From Heptranchias perlo (lineage: Eukaryota), in assembly GCF_035084215.1 (NCBI RefSeq), contig NC_090345.1, forward strand, positions 48,608,001 to 48,672,000: 64,000 nt of DNA, given 5' to 3'. Positions 27,095 to 40,814 of this stretch are shown here, one piece after another. Within the stretch, counting starts at the first letter, position 1. Every line of letters starts with the position of its first letter. The translations under genes and the position numbers were made by a program. The notes below the pieces were generated by a model. It did not search any database. It saw nothing but the letters and a program-made list of their open reading frames with translations, and was not told where the DNA came from.

Positions 27095-27671
27095 GGGGGT
27101 GATTTTAGGAGGCAATTGCGGGTGCGTTGGAGGCGGGGGGTCTCTGAAAATCGCATCAGTCCCGTTCGGGTTCGGAAGCTGGCTTCAACCTAATAACTTC
27201 CGAGTTTCCCAGGGACCCACCTGTGTGCGTGCGGGCAACCCAAAAACAGAAGTCCTACCGGCAATTAAAGTCGGCAGGTTGACAGTTAAAGAGCCAAATG
27301 TACCTCATTGAGGTATTTAAGGTACTTTACCTGTGACAGATTCAGTACTTAGAAAGATTTTTAACTTATCTGGGCGGCTTGCCCACCACTTCTGATTCAC
27401 GCCTGGTGAAACCACACGTGAAGAGTAGGATCAGGGAACAAGAAACTAAATAAATTAAATAAAAAACCATGGAAGGAAGTGAAAACACTAAGTGAACCTA
27501 CCTTTGCACCCTGCTCTGATGTCCGATGTCTCCCGCTCCCCACCAAGTCCCCCTCTTCACCCCCCCGATCTTGCTCCGATGTCCCCCTCTTCACCCCCCC
27601 AATCTTGCCCCAATGTCCCCCTCTTCACCCCCCCGATCTTGCCCCGATGTCCCCCTCTTCACCCCCCGATC
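27095..27671. mobile_element. Partial MITE-like element with internal C-rich ~35-bp tandem repeats
   Basis: GGGGTGATTTT-type terminus; CCGATGTCCCC repeats resembling the array at 58483-58950; other end not found. Confidence 0.45.
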
Positions 27672-28245
27672 TTTTTTTTTTATTCGTTCATGGGATGTGG
27701 GTGTCGCTGGCGAGGCCGGCATTTATTGCCCATCCCTAATTGCCCTTGAGAAGGTGGTGGTGAGCCGCCTTCTTGAACCGCTGCAGTCCGTGTGGTGACG
27801 GTTCTCCCACAGTGCTGTTTGGAAGGGAGTTCCAGGATTTTGACCCAGCGACAATGAAGGAACGGCGATATATTTCCAAGTCGGGCTGGTGTGTGACTTG
27901 GAGGGGAACGTGCAGGTGGTGTTGTTCCCATGTGCCTGCTGCTCTTGTCCTTCTAGGTGGTAGAGGTCGTGGGTTTGGGAGGTGCTGTCGAAGAAGCCTT
28001 GGCGAGTTGCTGCAGTGCATCCTGTGGATGGTACACACTGCAGCCACAGTGCGCCGGTGGTGAATGGAGTGAATGTTTAGGGTGGTGGATGGGGTGCCAA
28101 TCAAGCGGGCTGCTTTGTCCTGGATGGTGTCGAGCTTCTTGAGTGTTGTTGGAGCTGCACTCATCCAGGCAAGTGGAGAGTATTCCATCACACTCCTGAC
28201 TTGTGCCTTGTAGATGGTGGAAAGGCTTTGGGGAGTCAGGAGGTG
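27672..28245 (-). mobile_element. 3' fragment of the LINE family seen at 50816-54109
   Basis: Closely similar to 50816-51390 (MEYSPLAWMSAAPTTLKKLD...). Confidence 0.92.
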
Positions 28246-29155
28246 GGGCCTGGAAGGGTAGATGTATCACTGTAGGCTAGAATTCTCCTCACTCTGCTCC
28301 AGATAACAGAAAGGGTGCACTCTTGAGTGTCCCTAAGTATTGGCTCTTGTGCCCAGGCTTTCTGGACTTGGGTTAATGGGGATGACCCTACAAGGAGAGA
28401 GTTTGCATTCGATGCCTATGGAAAATAAAAACTGTATCTGTGTAGATTTCTCAGTAACTTGATTCGGAGACTTGAACATGGTGATGGAGGTCGACACCAG
28501 TCAGATATCTAAATTATTTTTTAAAAACAAGACGAAGGATACCAGTGCTCGGGAATGGAAAAATGTTTCCAGTTTGGTATTCAGTGTCACCATCAAGGTC
28601 AGGTATAGTTAGCCAGATGCAAAGTAAACCTTCCTCTACTCTTATCTAACAATGTTCCTTAATCTGAACATCAGCAAACACCCTACTTCTTCTGTCAAGT
28701 TTCTGATTGCTACATAGTAACATAGTCTCTTGGTAGCCAATTGGTGGTGATTAGTGACAAACTGGAAAGTTTTGTAGTCCTGTACCCAATAGGAACTGGT
28801 TGAACGCATTTCATATCACACCTTTACATTAATAGAATATTGAGACTTCCATTTATTGGTCTGGGCCGGATTTAAACCCTGACGCCAGGAGGATGTTGTA
28901 CTAACTTTCTTTGCCGCCCAATTTGTGATTAACTATTTATTATTTTATTTTTATAAGGTACAGCACAAGATATTTATATTTCTGACATCAGCTGCATTAA
29001 GGCCCTCTTATCTACACAGTGTTGTGACCACATTTTCCCCAAAGATTGTGGAAAGAATTGTAATGTTGAGCACTAGCAGTGCAGAGCCACTCCGGATTTC
29101 TCAGGGCAGATCCCTCCCGAAGGCCATAGCAGAAACTTTGTAGGTCAGGTCAAGT

Positions 29156-29891
29156 TGAGGGCCACAGCATCAGGTGGGTCAGATTGAGGGCCGCAGCATC
29201 ACCTGGGTCAGATTGAGGGTTACAGCATCACGTGGGTCAGATTGAGGGCCACAGCATCAGGTGGGTCAGATTGAGGGCCACAGCATCACGTGGGTCAGAT
29301 TGAGGGTCACAGCATCAGTTGGGTCAGATTGAGGGTCACAGCATCAGGTGGGTCAGATTGAGGGTCACAGCATCACGTGGGTCAGATTGAGGGTCACAGC
29401 ATCAGGTGGGTCAGATTGAGGGTCACAGCATCAGGTGGGTCAGATTGAGGGCCACAGCATCAGGTGGGTCAGATTGAGGGCCACAGCATCAGGTGGGTCA
29501 GATTGAGGGTCACAGCATCAGGTGGGTCAGATTGAGGGTCACAGCATCACGTGGGTCAGATTGAGGGTCACAGCATCAGGTGGGTCAGATTGAGGGTCAC
29601 AGCATCACGTGGGTCAGATTGAGGGTCACAGCATCAGGTGGGTCAGATTGAGGGCCACAGCATCAGGTGGGTCAGATTGAGGGTCACAGCATCAGGTGGG
29701 TCAGATTGAGGGCCACAGCATCAGGTGGGTCAGATTGAGGGCCACAGCATCAGGTGGGTCAGATTGAGGGCCACAGCATCAGGTGGGTCAGATTGAGGGT
29801 CACAGCATCAGGTGGGTCAGATTGAGGGTCACAGCATCACGTGGGTCAGATTGAGGGTCACAGCATCACGTGGGTCAGATTGAGGGCCACA
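29156..29891. repeat. 29-bp minisatellite (CACAGCATCAGGTGGGTCAGATTGAGGGY)n, ~25 copies
   Basis: Unit read directly. Confidence 0.98.
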
Positions 29892-30643
29892 ATTCCTTGC
29901 AATATTTTATAATTTCTAGCCTTCTGTTACTAATGGAGCAATGATTCGAAAATCAAAAAGAATTGCAGAACTGGGTCGATGCAGAAAATACATTAATGTT
30001 TAGGGGACAAGGGATAAATATTTAATACCTTTCACAACATGTTGAAAATAAATTCTATTTTGAAATTCTTTCTTATTAAATCATGTAGAAGTAAATTTTG
30101 TGAGTTAGCATTCCCGGCACACAACTTCGAACAAAAGCAGGACCATCAGGAAATGGGGTGCAGAAGTTGGCATGTCCTGAGTGATCTGCCATCCAACAGT
30201 TACCAGTTGGTAACTGTTTGGTAAACTTTGTGGTTTTTGTTGGTTAAGCTCCAGCAGCATTGCCGTGCACACCTGACGGTGTCCTACCTCTGCCCATTTG
30301 CACCAGAGCTGTCTAGATTTGGGTAAGTGGGATGCGCCCCTACAGAGAAAGTGTGCATTCCATTTGGGAAAACAGAAACCCTACAGATGGATGTAGACTT
30401 CTCAATAGCTTGATTTAGAGACTCTCAAACATAGCAATGGGTTTTGGCGAATCCTATCTGGTGAGTGTGAGCTCCTAATATATATCCCAGGGTTCAGTTG
30501 TGTATTACAAGGATATCTATCTGAAAAGCTTAGCTGTTGTCTGTCAGAAAATAAGAGGCAGGTTTCTCTGTACTTTGTGCAGACACAGCACCTCTACGTT
30601 CAAGAGAATTGCACTGTATTAAACATTTTCCCTTTTTCATCAG

Positions 30644-30851
30644 GTGAGTGGGCTGCCAAATCCTGACCTTATGTGGCTACTGAATGGTAAACCTATCTCG
30701 CCAGATGTTACCCACAAGATGCTGGTGCGTGAAAATGGAATTCACTCCCTCTTAATTGATCCTCTTACAGCAAGAGACGCGGGGATTTACACATGCATTG
30801 CAACAAACAAAGCAGGACAACATTCATTTAGTTTGGAGCTGTCTGTTGTAG
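30644..30851 (+). CDS. MYPN: Myopalladin exon (VSGLPNPDLMWLLNG...DAGIYTCIATNKAGQHSFSLELSVV), Ig4
   Basis: Pyrimidine tract and CAG, GTAAG donor, 208 nt, phase 0/1. Confidence 0.95.
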
Positions 30852-31539
30852 GTAAGGTATTCCTCTTGCATGATGACATAACTCAATCAAAAAGTTATCC
30901 ATTATTCTCGTATAAACCACCTGAACTTGCCAATGAGGCTCCTACCTAGCAATCACTTGATGGTGATAGTGACTTGTATCTGTTATTATTGTCTTATTTA
31001 TATCCGTATCATTACAAATGCTAAAAATATAACATTATGTAGATGTTCAACGGCTGTGCAATGCCAAATTTTTTGAAAAATAATTTTTTGTTACATTTCA
31101 TTTATATTTTAGGATGTTCATGCTACAGGTGTAGCATCAATTCGAAGCAACTTCTCTTTCTACTGATGCTACAGTTATAGTGTAAATATAGCCTGAACCT
31201 GGAGTCGAGGCCTGACCTGATACTGGAGTGAGACTTGACTTCACTTCAGGCTCAGTTTGGGCCTTGGCACCTGAGGGCTAGTTTCCTGATGTTGCACTTG
31301 GGGAGTTGCTGCCCCACTTGAAGTGAGAGAGGCCCATGAAATCAGGAATGTAGGCCCCAACACACTCAGTGCTGAACTCCTGATTACACAGAGAATTTTC
31401 TTTTATGCTTTGGAGGCTGTGCTACAGGCCTCATTAGAGCCACAAAATGAGTTCAGTATTCCATTGATGCACATCTTCTACAGCAGCAATGTGGTTGGCA
31501 GTAGTCACCTCACAGCTGAAAGCACAGTGCTCAGTAAGG

Positions 31540-33090
31540 GCATTCCATTGGGCTTGTTAATGGCTGTCCTGGATTTGGAGGAGGGAGACGACTTGCACCT
31601 CAGGTGTCCATCCACAGGCAGCCCAGAATTTACAGTTCCCGACCCAGGCAGAACTACTTGGCAATGTCTTAAGAAACCTGCAATCACCATCTATGCTTCA
31701 CCGAGTTGTGCCGTCTACTGGAACCTGACCTACAGACTACATCTGGCACATGGACAGCCCTGCCTGTTGTGGTGAAAGTCACCATCACATTGAGCTTTTA
31801 TGGCACTTTCCCCTTGGAGAGGGCCCAGCACTTCTGCCAAGTGGTTGGGATTCCATATGTGCAGGGCCTCATTGATGGCACTAATGGAGCCATCAAGGTG
31901 CCTGACAATAATCACATGGTATAGAGAATTGGACAATATTCCATTCCATCAACATCTGGTTGGTCTCAAGCCATCACAACAGAATAATGTAGGTGACAAT
32001 AAGATACCTGGCGGGTAGATGATGCTTTTCATCCGGTTACAGCTCACAATGCGAGCACTATTTAAACAAGCAAGCAGACTGGACAATTGGCAGCTGGGGA
32101 AACAAGTCATGAACCCCTTGCTGCTCTGACCATTAACACAAGTCATGAACCCCTTGCTGCTCTGACCATTAACACAAGTCATGAACCCCTTGCTGCTCTG
32201 ACCGTTAACACAAGTCATGAACCCCTTGCTGCTCTGACCGTTAACATAAGTCATGAACTCCTTGCTGCTCTGACCGTTAACACAAGTCATGAACCCCTTG
32301 CTGCTCTGACCCTTAACACAAGTCATGAACTCCTTGCTGCTCTGACCGTTAACACAAGTCATGAACCCCTTGCTGCTCTGACCATTAACACAAGTCATGA
32401 ACCCCTTGCTGCTCTGACCATTAACACAAGTCATGAACCCCTTGCTGCTCTGACCATTAACACAAGTCATGAACCCCTTGCTGCTCTGACCGTTAACACA
32501 AGTCATGAACTCCTTGCTGCTCTGACCATTAACACAAGTCATGAACCCCTTGCTGCTCTGACCATTAACACAAGTCATGAACCCCTTGCTGCTCTGACCA
32601 TTAACACAAGTCATAAACCCCTTGCTGCTCTGACCATTAACACAAGTCATGAACCCCTTGCTGCTCTGACCATTAACACAAGTCATAAACCCCTTGCTGC
32701 TCTGACCATTAACACAAGTCATGAACCCCTTGCTGCTCTGACCATTAACATGTCAGGAACCCCCAGACCAAGGCAGAGAGAAAGTGCAATGAAGATCATG
32801 TATCCACCTGAATTCTGCAGGAACATACGATCGAGATGTTGAAGCAGCACTTCCACTATCTGGACAGATCAGCCGGTTATCTACTCTACATTTCCTAGAA
32901 ACATCTGTATCTACTGTGTGCTGCATAATTCTGTCATTCTTAGGGGAGGCCCCATGCAGTCAGAGGGGCTGGAGGTTGGGCCAAGAGCCTTGTCTTGGCT
33001 AGAGGAGGAGGAAGGCTCTCTGGGCGAGACTGGTGCAAGGCCAGGTAGACTGGTTTGTCAAAGACTGATTGACAGTATTTCCTGTTAAAA
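31540..33090 (+). pseudogene. Degraded PIF/Harbinger (HARBI1-like) transposase
   Basis: ALPVVVKVTITLSFY, GIPYVQGLIDGT and a downstream CVLHN-like motif; frameshifted; boundaries approximate. Confidence 0.7.
32102..32750. repeat. 36-bp minisatellite (ACAAGTCATGAACCCCTTGCTGCTCTGACCATTAAC)n, ~18 copies, inside the transposase remnant
   Basis: Unit read directly. Confidence 0.97.
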
Positions 33091-34309
33091 GCAGCACTTG
33101 AGCCACTATATAAACAGTCTTATGGGCCGCACTGTACATGCTGGTCCCCTAGCAGTATGCTGGCCTGAATCTCTCTGCATTTACAGCCTACGTGTTAGCC
33201 CCTAAAACTAACATTCATATGTTCCTTCTTTTCAAAATATCAAACATTCCAAAGAAGGTGCAACCAGTTTCTTTCCTTACCCCCACATGTATGTCCCTCC
33301 ATCAGTGTTTACTCGGTAATAGTGTATGGTGTGTGTTGTCCACTTTCTAATCTTGTGCTTCTTCTTTGTGGCATCTCAGTGGGAGGAGCAAGTAAGGAGG
33401 CAAGCTATTGCACCTCAGTAGAGTCGCTCTGACTCACCTGTGATGAATGCCATGTTTCTGCCAACTTGTGAGATGTCCTGTGCTGGCTGGCTGCTCCTGT
33501 CCTGGACTTGCCTCTTTTGCAGTCATCTGAGTGGCTGGCTGGGAGGAGTGGATTGGTCATCAACCTGAAAGGCCAGGTTCCATTTGTCTCCCCTCCGCCC
33601 TGCTGGCTGGGCCTTGCAGATGACCAGGAATCTTTGTGGCAGTAAACAGCATGGAACCTGCAATCAAAGGTCTTTTCAAGCCAATCCACAGGCTTCTGTA
33701 GATCATAAGTGATTGTCTCCTGTGATTTGGAGCCCTAGTCCTCAATAGAGGCAGACACAGTATTGGTGAGCAACACTGCATCAATGCTTGAATCCTCTGT
33801 CTTCGACGGCTCCCCTGCAGTTTTCCCTAGAGTTACCACTCACTTCCTGGTGCTGTGTTGATTCCTAATACCTTCTTGCATGCTTACACAGATGTCATAG
33901 CAGCACCATTCCATGCAGGGAGCTCTGAAGATTCTCAAAGGACTGCGTGAAGAGCTTCTGCTGATTAATCAGTATATTATGTAGCCCCAGTTAGGTACAA
34001 GTCCATGGGGCCTACGCCAGCTGCCCGTCTGGTTCCATCGCTCCTTTCCTCTCTTTGCTGTTCTTCATCTGCTACCTCCACTCACTCCTCCTCACTGGTG
34101 CTCAGTGCTTCATCAGGCTTCCAGCTCCACGGGGTCAATTTTAACTCTCGTCGCCTTACGAAAACCAGGGTAAGGGTACAATTGCGTGCATTAATGATCA
34201 ATAATGATCACACGATGCTGCAATCCCATCCAGCCCCTGTTCAAAGCACTAAGTAGCCACTTACGACTTTGAAATAGTCCATTTTACAACAGAATGGCTG
34301 TTTGTTGAG

Positions 34310-34500
34310 CAGTTCAATTGTGCAAATGGAGTACAAGAGTCATAGGGAATCCTGTTTCAGTGATTGGGGATTTGAAATTCTGCTCCAAATAGCGACGGAC
34401 CACAGGGATACAATTTATGGGATGGAGGATAGTCCCCACCCCTACCCAGAATCATCTGGTTCTCCAGGCATGAGAAGAAACTGCTGAGTGAGTGAAAAAT
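34310..34500 (+). pseudogene. Possible Myb/SANT-like Harbinger second-ORF remnant
   Basis: ESCFSDWGFEILLQIATDHRDTIY resembles the PRFS-ELE-LL motif of Harbinger Myb-like proteins; weak. Confidence 0.4.
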
Positions 34501-34524
34501 CGTGAATCAATCAATCAAGATCTA

Positions 34525-34708
34525 TGATGTGGAGATGCCGGTGATGGACTGGGGTTGACAATTGTAAACAATTTTACAACACCAAGTTATAGTCCAGCAA
34601 TTTTATTTTAAATTCACAAGCTTTCGGAGGCTATCAGGAAGGAGGAAGCCTCCGAAAGCTTGTGAATTTAAAATAAAATTGCTGGACTATAACTTGGTGT
34701 TGTAAAAT
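34525..34708. mobile_element. Short Penelope-like insertion with inverted termini
   Basis: 62-bp perfect inverted repeat (34571-34632 / 34647-34708); flanking direct repeat CAAGATCTA (34516-24, 34709-17). Family assignment from recalled PLE terminal structure. Confidence 0.7.
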
Positions 34709-34721
34709 CAAGATCTAGGCA

Positions 34722-34870
34722 GATAAGAATATAAGAACATAAGAAATAGGAGCAGGAGTAGGCCAATCGGCCCCTCGAGCCTGCTCCGCCATTCAATAAG
34801 ATCATGGCTGATCTGATCCTAACCTCAAATCTAAATTCATGTCCAATTTCCTGCCCACTCCCTGTAACCC
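34722..34870 (-). mobile_element. CR1 3' tail
   Basis: Same outer 3' UTR as the copy at 20931. Confidence 0.85.
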
Positions 34871-35422
34871 CCGTCCATGATAAGATGGGAGACCTGAAGT
34901 ATTCTACAAAGGCAAGTCATTAGATATGAAAATTCATGACACACAAGATAGCCTTCAACTACATGAATGGTCATTCGCTGCTTGTGGAACCAGAGTTTAA
35001 AAACCCCTTCCCCCATTTGAGGAGGCTACCTTGGAAATCATTACCAGGGCAAGCATAGAGGGAGTAGGAGAGGGAGTGGGGAAGCAGTTCACATGCTGGT
35101 TATAAATCAGCATTCTCATTGCATCATAGGTGCTAAGAACACTGCAAGACTTCGCAAACTGGATTTAAATAGCAATTAATCTGGCATTTAGAAATTAAAC
35201 AACACTAACGCATGAATTCAGCTCCACAATACAGACAAGCCACTTCATGCCAGGAATAAGATAAGGCCAGATAAATTATGTGTCCTACAGCGCTCATACA
35301 ATTACTCAGCCTTAATGGGACTGATTTTCCTTTGTTTTGTGCTCCAGATATGTCTATTTTCTGGGAACAAAGCAGAGGGAAATGGAGGCAGAAACCCATT
35401 ACGCTGAGTCACAGTCTTTTTA

Positions 35423-36270
35423 AGAACATTAGAAATAGGAGCAGGAGTAGGCCATACGGCCCTTCGAGCCTGCTCCGCCATTCAATCAGATCATGACTGA
35501 TCTTCAACCTCAACTCCACTTTCCTACCTGATCCCCATATCCCTTGATTCCCCTTGAGTCCAAAAAATTATCTATCTCAGCCTTCAATATATTCAACGGC
35601 TCAGCATCCACAGCCCTCTGGGGTAGAAAATTCCAAAGATTCACAACCCACTGAGTGAAGAAATGACTCCTCATCTCAGTCGTAAAAGGCCAACCCCTTA
35701 TCCTGCGACCATGCCCTCTAGTTCTAGACTCTCCAGCTAGGGGAAACAACCTCTCAGCCTCTTACCCACATTATACTCCATCTGCCCACTCACTTAATCT
35801 GTCTATATCCCTTTGCAGGCTCTTTGTGTCCTCCTCACAGCTTACTTTCCCACCTAGCTTTGTATCATCAGCAAACTTGGACACATTACTCAGTCCCTTC
35901 ATCTAAGTCATTAATATAGATTGTAAATAGCTGAGGCCCGAGCACTGGTCCTTGCGGCACCCCACTAGTTACAGTCTACCAACCTGAAAATGACCCGTTT
36001 ATCCCTACTCTGTTTTCTGTCCGTTAACCAATCTTCTATCCATGCTAATATATAACCCCAACCCCATGAAACTTTATTTTGCGTAGCAACCTTTTATGTG
36101 GCACCTTATTGAATGCCTTTTGAAAATCCAAATATACTACATCCACTGGTTCCCCTTTATCTACCCTGCTAGTTACACCCTCAAAAAACTCTAATAAATT
36201 TGTCAAACACAATTTCCCTTTCATAAAACCATGTTGACTCTGCCTAGTCATATTCTGATTTTCTAAGTGG
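35423..36270 (-). mobile_element. CR1 fragment with internal deletion
   Basis: SQHGFMKGKLCLTNLLEFF, VYLDFQKAFNKVPH, FPLAGESRTRGH. Confidence 0.88.
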
Positions 36271-36429
36271 CCTTTTGTGCTTGAAGCAAACAGTAGAGTG
36301 TGAAGCTAACGTAAGCCTGCAAATACAGTGCTAATGAGACAGAAATTATATCAAATGCCTCCCACCTCCTTTTCCTGGGTTTCCGCCTGGTGGAGGTGTA
36401 GAGAGGTGAGTCTTTTTATTTTAATAAAA

Positions 36430-36710
36430 CTTAGACTTCAGGGAGATTTAAAATAATGAAGGGCCTAGACTGTGTCCATATGGATAGACTACTTGAATTA
36501 GATAGGTTAGGGAGAATCAGGGGACACCTGTATATGTTACATAAGCCTAGAACTAGGTTAGATGTCAGGAGGTTTTTCTTTTCGCAGAGAGTCTTCGATC
36601 TTTGGAACAAGTTTTTGGCTCGTGCAGTGAATGCCGATTCACTGCTAGTATTCTAAAGGGAGCTGGATAAGTTCCTGGCTGAGGCTGATATCATTGTGTA
36701 CAAAAGGTAG
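36430..36710 (+). mobile_element. Divergent CR1 3' fragment
   Basis: RIRGHLYML...RLDVRRFFFSQRV. Confidence 0.7.
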
Positions 36711-39257
36711 GTGGGATGTTGGGAGATGTCCCTCATGGTTACTGTGATCACTTGGAACTCATTTTGATCGCCTTTGGAGGTTGAAGAGGAATTTCCCAGA
36801 TTTTTTTTCCTCGAAGTGGCCTTGGGTTTTTTAATCTGGTTTATTGCCTCTCCCAGGAGATTACCTGGGTGGGTGGTGAGTGGAGGACATTGGGGATCAT
36901 GACACTCAGCTCCACCATGACCATATTGGACAGGCTCAAGTGTTCAGTTGATCTTTCCTGTTCATCGTTTTTATATGGCAGAAGCACCCAATGTAAGTGG
37001 GCTTCCAAATTGCGAATAGCCCCCTCAGGTTAGAGGATCTTAGACAAGGCTGCTAACAATCTCCTCCTGTCTCCAAAAAGGTAAGTTATATTTTGCAGGT
37101 CTAGCAAGGAGGATCATCGGGACTTGAGGCCTTGTGAATGTCTTTGGTCAGCAGTCAGAAAGCCTTGAAGCCCCCCACCATTACCATTGAGAGGTCTGGA
37201 GCTGTGGTATACTTTCCTGCTTTTGGGTGCAAGCCGCTTCCAAGGGGCACATAAAAACCGGAGAGGGGCCTCGGTAATTACCTGAACCCATAAATAAGAT
37301 TTGTGCTTAGGCAAAGGGGGAAGAAAAATTGGCCACAACATGTGCTAAAAGCAGCACCTATAGTAATGTTTAGGGTCTATCTTCAGACTTTGGGGTAATC
37401 TACCAGCTTACCTCTGTTAGTAGATGAGGCACCACTCCCCCGCCCCCCTTCCTCCCCATTTCAAAGTGGAAAAACTATCCCTTACAAGCAGGCTTCAGAA
37501 GAAAATTGCTTTTCTCAATCCCTTTCACAAATTGGTACATTAGGAATGTAAGAGAACATGTGCTTTCATCTGCTCATACCGTAATAATTTAAATGGCTTT
37601 ATTAGAGTGTGACTCAGTGACTTCCTCTTTGACACTGGATTCCTGCCAATCGATTTAAAAGGTTAATTCATCTGTAATGCACTAAACCTGGATTAGACAC
37701 CCACCTTTTCAGAATTCTAGTAAGTTTTGAGTATAGGTGATATTTTCCATTGAATATGAGTCTTGGTTTGGCCCAGCTCCCTGCTCCATTCTCCATCAGT
37801 TTAATGAAGGCTTTCAGGGGACGTTGAGTATCCCAGGAGATTTGAAGATTTTTTTCTGTTGTGCAATCTGAAATCCTAATACATTTTGATTTTATTAATG
37901 TATTATAAACTATTAATGTATTATAAAATAGCACTATATCTAATGTTTTACATTATATTGTCTTATATTATATAGTGTAATGTCGCTTTATATTAGTTAG
38001 ATACATCCCTCACTCATGAAGACAGGTCCCACAACAAAATTCTTGAGTTTAGAATATTTCTCTGTTGATTAACATGTTGCATTACAATGCAACAAATCCT
38101 TTCCCTCCTAGCTACAGAAAATAGACATAGTCCAACGACTAATTCTATCAGATTCTGCAAATGTAAAAGCTTTTTCCTTGTGTATTCACACATTGAATGT
38201 TCCCAGTTGACTTTTCTGGTATTCTAGTATCCCTTGAAACTATTATTTTATGAAAGGAAAAAAATTCTTGTTAGAATTTATTAAATAGTTAAGACAAGGT
38301 ACTGAACAGATTTAAGGATCTCTGGAATGAAATATTCAGGCAGTAAGTAAATGAAGGTTGTGTGATGATTCCCAAAGTGGTGCTGTGCTGTCTTTCACTA
38401 TCTGATAACAGAATCTGATAACATCATCCACTCTGCACTCGATTACCAGGAGAGCCACATAAAGCAGTCACCTGCACTAATATCAGCAGCAGGGCCTAAA
38501 TCTCGACCTCAGCCTCAACTGATACTTGAATTTGTCTGGGGGTTTGATTGTCAACTTTTGTGTATTCTTCATCAGGCAAGAGAGGAGAGCGCACCTGAAG
38601 AGAGAGTGCATGAGGAGTGAAGATTGCATGAGAGAGGAGTGCAGAGAGAGAGAGAGAATGCACGAGAAGGGAGAGTGCAAAGGGAACAAGAATGCCTGAG
38701 GAGCGGGGAGGGGGGGGGAATTAGAATACATTTTTAAACATAACATGGTCAGAATAAGGACTTCTCTGCCACACATCATGGCTGAAGCAGAATCCACAAA
38801 TTCTTATAGATGGGATTTAGATAATTGCTTGAAAAAGAGAAATATTAAAAGGTTTGGGGAGCAAGCACAAGAGTGGGATTAGTCTAGGTGGATATCTAGA
38901 GGGAAGCATCAGTGCAGTCTTGGTCTGTTTCTGTGCTGTAACATTCTATGATTTTATCTATGACTCTAACAGGTTGCAGGTTCTCCATCTCAGGAGAAGG
39001 CAAGTGGTAGCACAGACCCTTTCCATTAGTTTTCATGTATATTTTTAAAATATGGTCAATTTAAATTTGTTAACACAACTGAAATAATCACGACGTCACT
39101 CTGTGAGAGGAGGAACCACGGCAACAGATACAGTTAGTATCTGTGCAGCAAAAACAGGGAGGTGAAAAATAATATAAAACTCCCAGAAAGGTCACAGCTA
39201 GTGTTCTAAAATACTTGTTTTGTTCTCTGTTTCCATTTGTTTGGTTTGGTTTTGCAG

Positions 39258-39423
39258 CAAAAGAAATTACGAAGGCACCCGTGTTTATCGAGAAATTGCA
39301 GAACACAGGAGTAGCAGAGGGTCACCCAGTCAGAATAGAGTGCAGAGTGATGGGCATGCCTCCTCCCATAATCTTCTGGAAGAAAAATAATGAGACGATC
39401 ACTCCCAACAGGGAAAGAATAAG
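39258..39423 (+). CDS. MYPN: Myopalladin exon (AKEITKAPVFIEKLQNTGVAEGHPVRIECRVMGMPPPIIFWKKNNETITPNRERI), Ig5
   Basis: TTTTGCAG acceptor, GTGGGT donor, 166 nt, phase 1/2. Confidence 0.95.
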
Positions 39424-40489
39424 GTGGGTCCAGACTACAGTGTACAGTATGGCCATAGCTGCTATTAATGTAACAGACAGTTGCTTGGTAAAAATATTAA
39501 GGGTCATTTTCTGACTTTACGCTCCCATGTGGAACCACAACTCCCAGGACTGCATATTGGAAATTTGATTTCATGACTATTTTGGTCGCACCTGCATTTC
39601 TGATAAGCCCAGTGGGTAAGGCTCCCCTTCAACAGCGTGAAGTCAGAATGTTATCCCTATTGTGTTTACCTATAGCACGTTTACACTGCAGGTGCCAGCC
39701 TGAGACTAGTAGCTTCAGTTCAGGGTCCAGGCAAGCAGAACCCTGCTTATTTTGCTTGGCTCCTGTCTGGCTGGAAGTTGAGAGAGAGCTCTCTCCAAAC
39801 AGTTAGAAATTTAAATGATAATAGAGTGCAGAGGGGAGAGTCTCCGCTTTTAAACATCTAAATTTAGGTAGGATGGATTTTATAAGTGTCCAGGAGGTTA
39901 AACAGAGCCCCCGAGCACTTTGGATCCCATGGCTGTACGCTCAATGTGTTGTAAAACCAAAGCTGTGTGAGACTACCCCCTCTAGGACTTTCACTTCACT
40001 GTGCTCCAGAGCCAAGAGGACTAAGCTGACAGTGTAAATACACCTGAAGAGTATAGACTCTGTAAAAATCATTCACAGCTTCACACTGCAGCATCACCAT
40101 GGGTGAGCTGAGCTCATATAATCTCAAACTAAATACCTGAAAAATCTCTTTCTAACTGGAGTAAGTTTGAGGCAGTGCCTTGTGCTGGATATCACTTTGT
40201 TTCAGATTGTTGCATTAGTCAGTTGCAAAGCCTTGGTAAAACTAGTTGCACTGTGATATTAACTTTAAACTCATCTGTCTGCTTTAACTTGGTAGATTTT
40301 TTTTCTAGAATACAATAAACTTAAAGTTACAACACAACTGGAAAGACAATTAAGTTGCCTATATGAGTGATGATTTGTATTGTTTAGCCTGAAGTACATT
40401 GCCAAAGAATAATAGTATGTATCACCAATCAGCCTTCCAGTTTGTTTTTATATGTACCTAACTAAATCTATGACATTTGTGTTACCCAG

Positions 40490-40623
40490 CATGCACCAAG
40501 ATACCACAGGGTACGTCTGTCTCCTGATTCAGCCAACCAAGAAGGAGGATGCTGGTTGGTATACTGTGTCTGCTAAAAATGAAGCAGGAATAGTGTCTTG
40601 TACAGCCAGACTGGATTTATATG
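40490..40623 (+). CDS. MYPN: Myopalladin penultimate exon (SMHQDTTGYVCLLIQPTKKEDAGWYTVSAKNEAGIVSCTARLDLY), Ig5
   Basis: CAG acceptor, GTTAGT donor, 134 nt, phase 2/1; absent from the ORF track. Confidence 0.95.
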
Positions 40624-40814
40624 GTTAGTGAGTATTCACTGCTTAACAATTATTGGGGTAGATTTTCCTTAGCGTCACTGGGCGGAAACAGGGCGGTAGC
40701 TCCCCATAAATGGTGGGGAAACCTTACCGACTGGCTCCCGATCCATCCGACCCCAACTTCGGAAGCACCTACCTCTGGATGGCCAGAACCGGGCAGTAGG
40801 CACTTTTAATATGC

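Noticed and set aside
12727-40623. Palladin or myotilin instead of MYPN
   Set aside because: RLMNEIEFRLERTPVDESDDEIQH, MHQDTTGY and EGHPVR fit MYPN better as recalled; a reciprocal BLAST would confirm.
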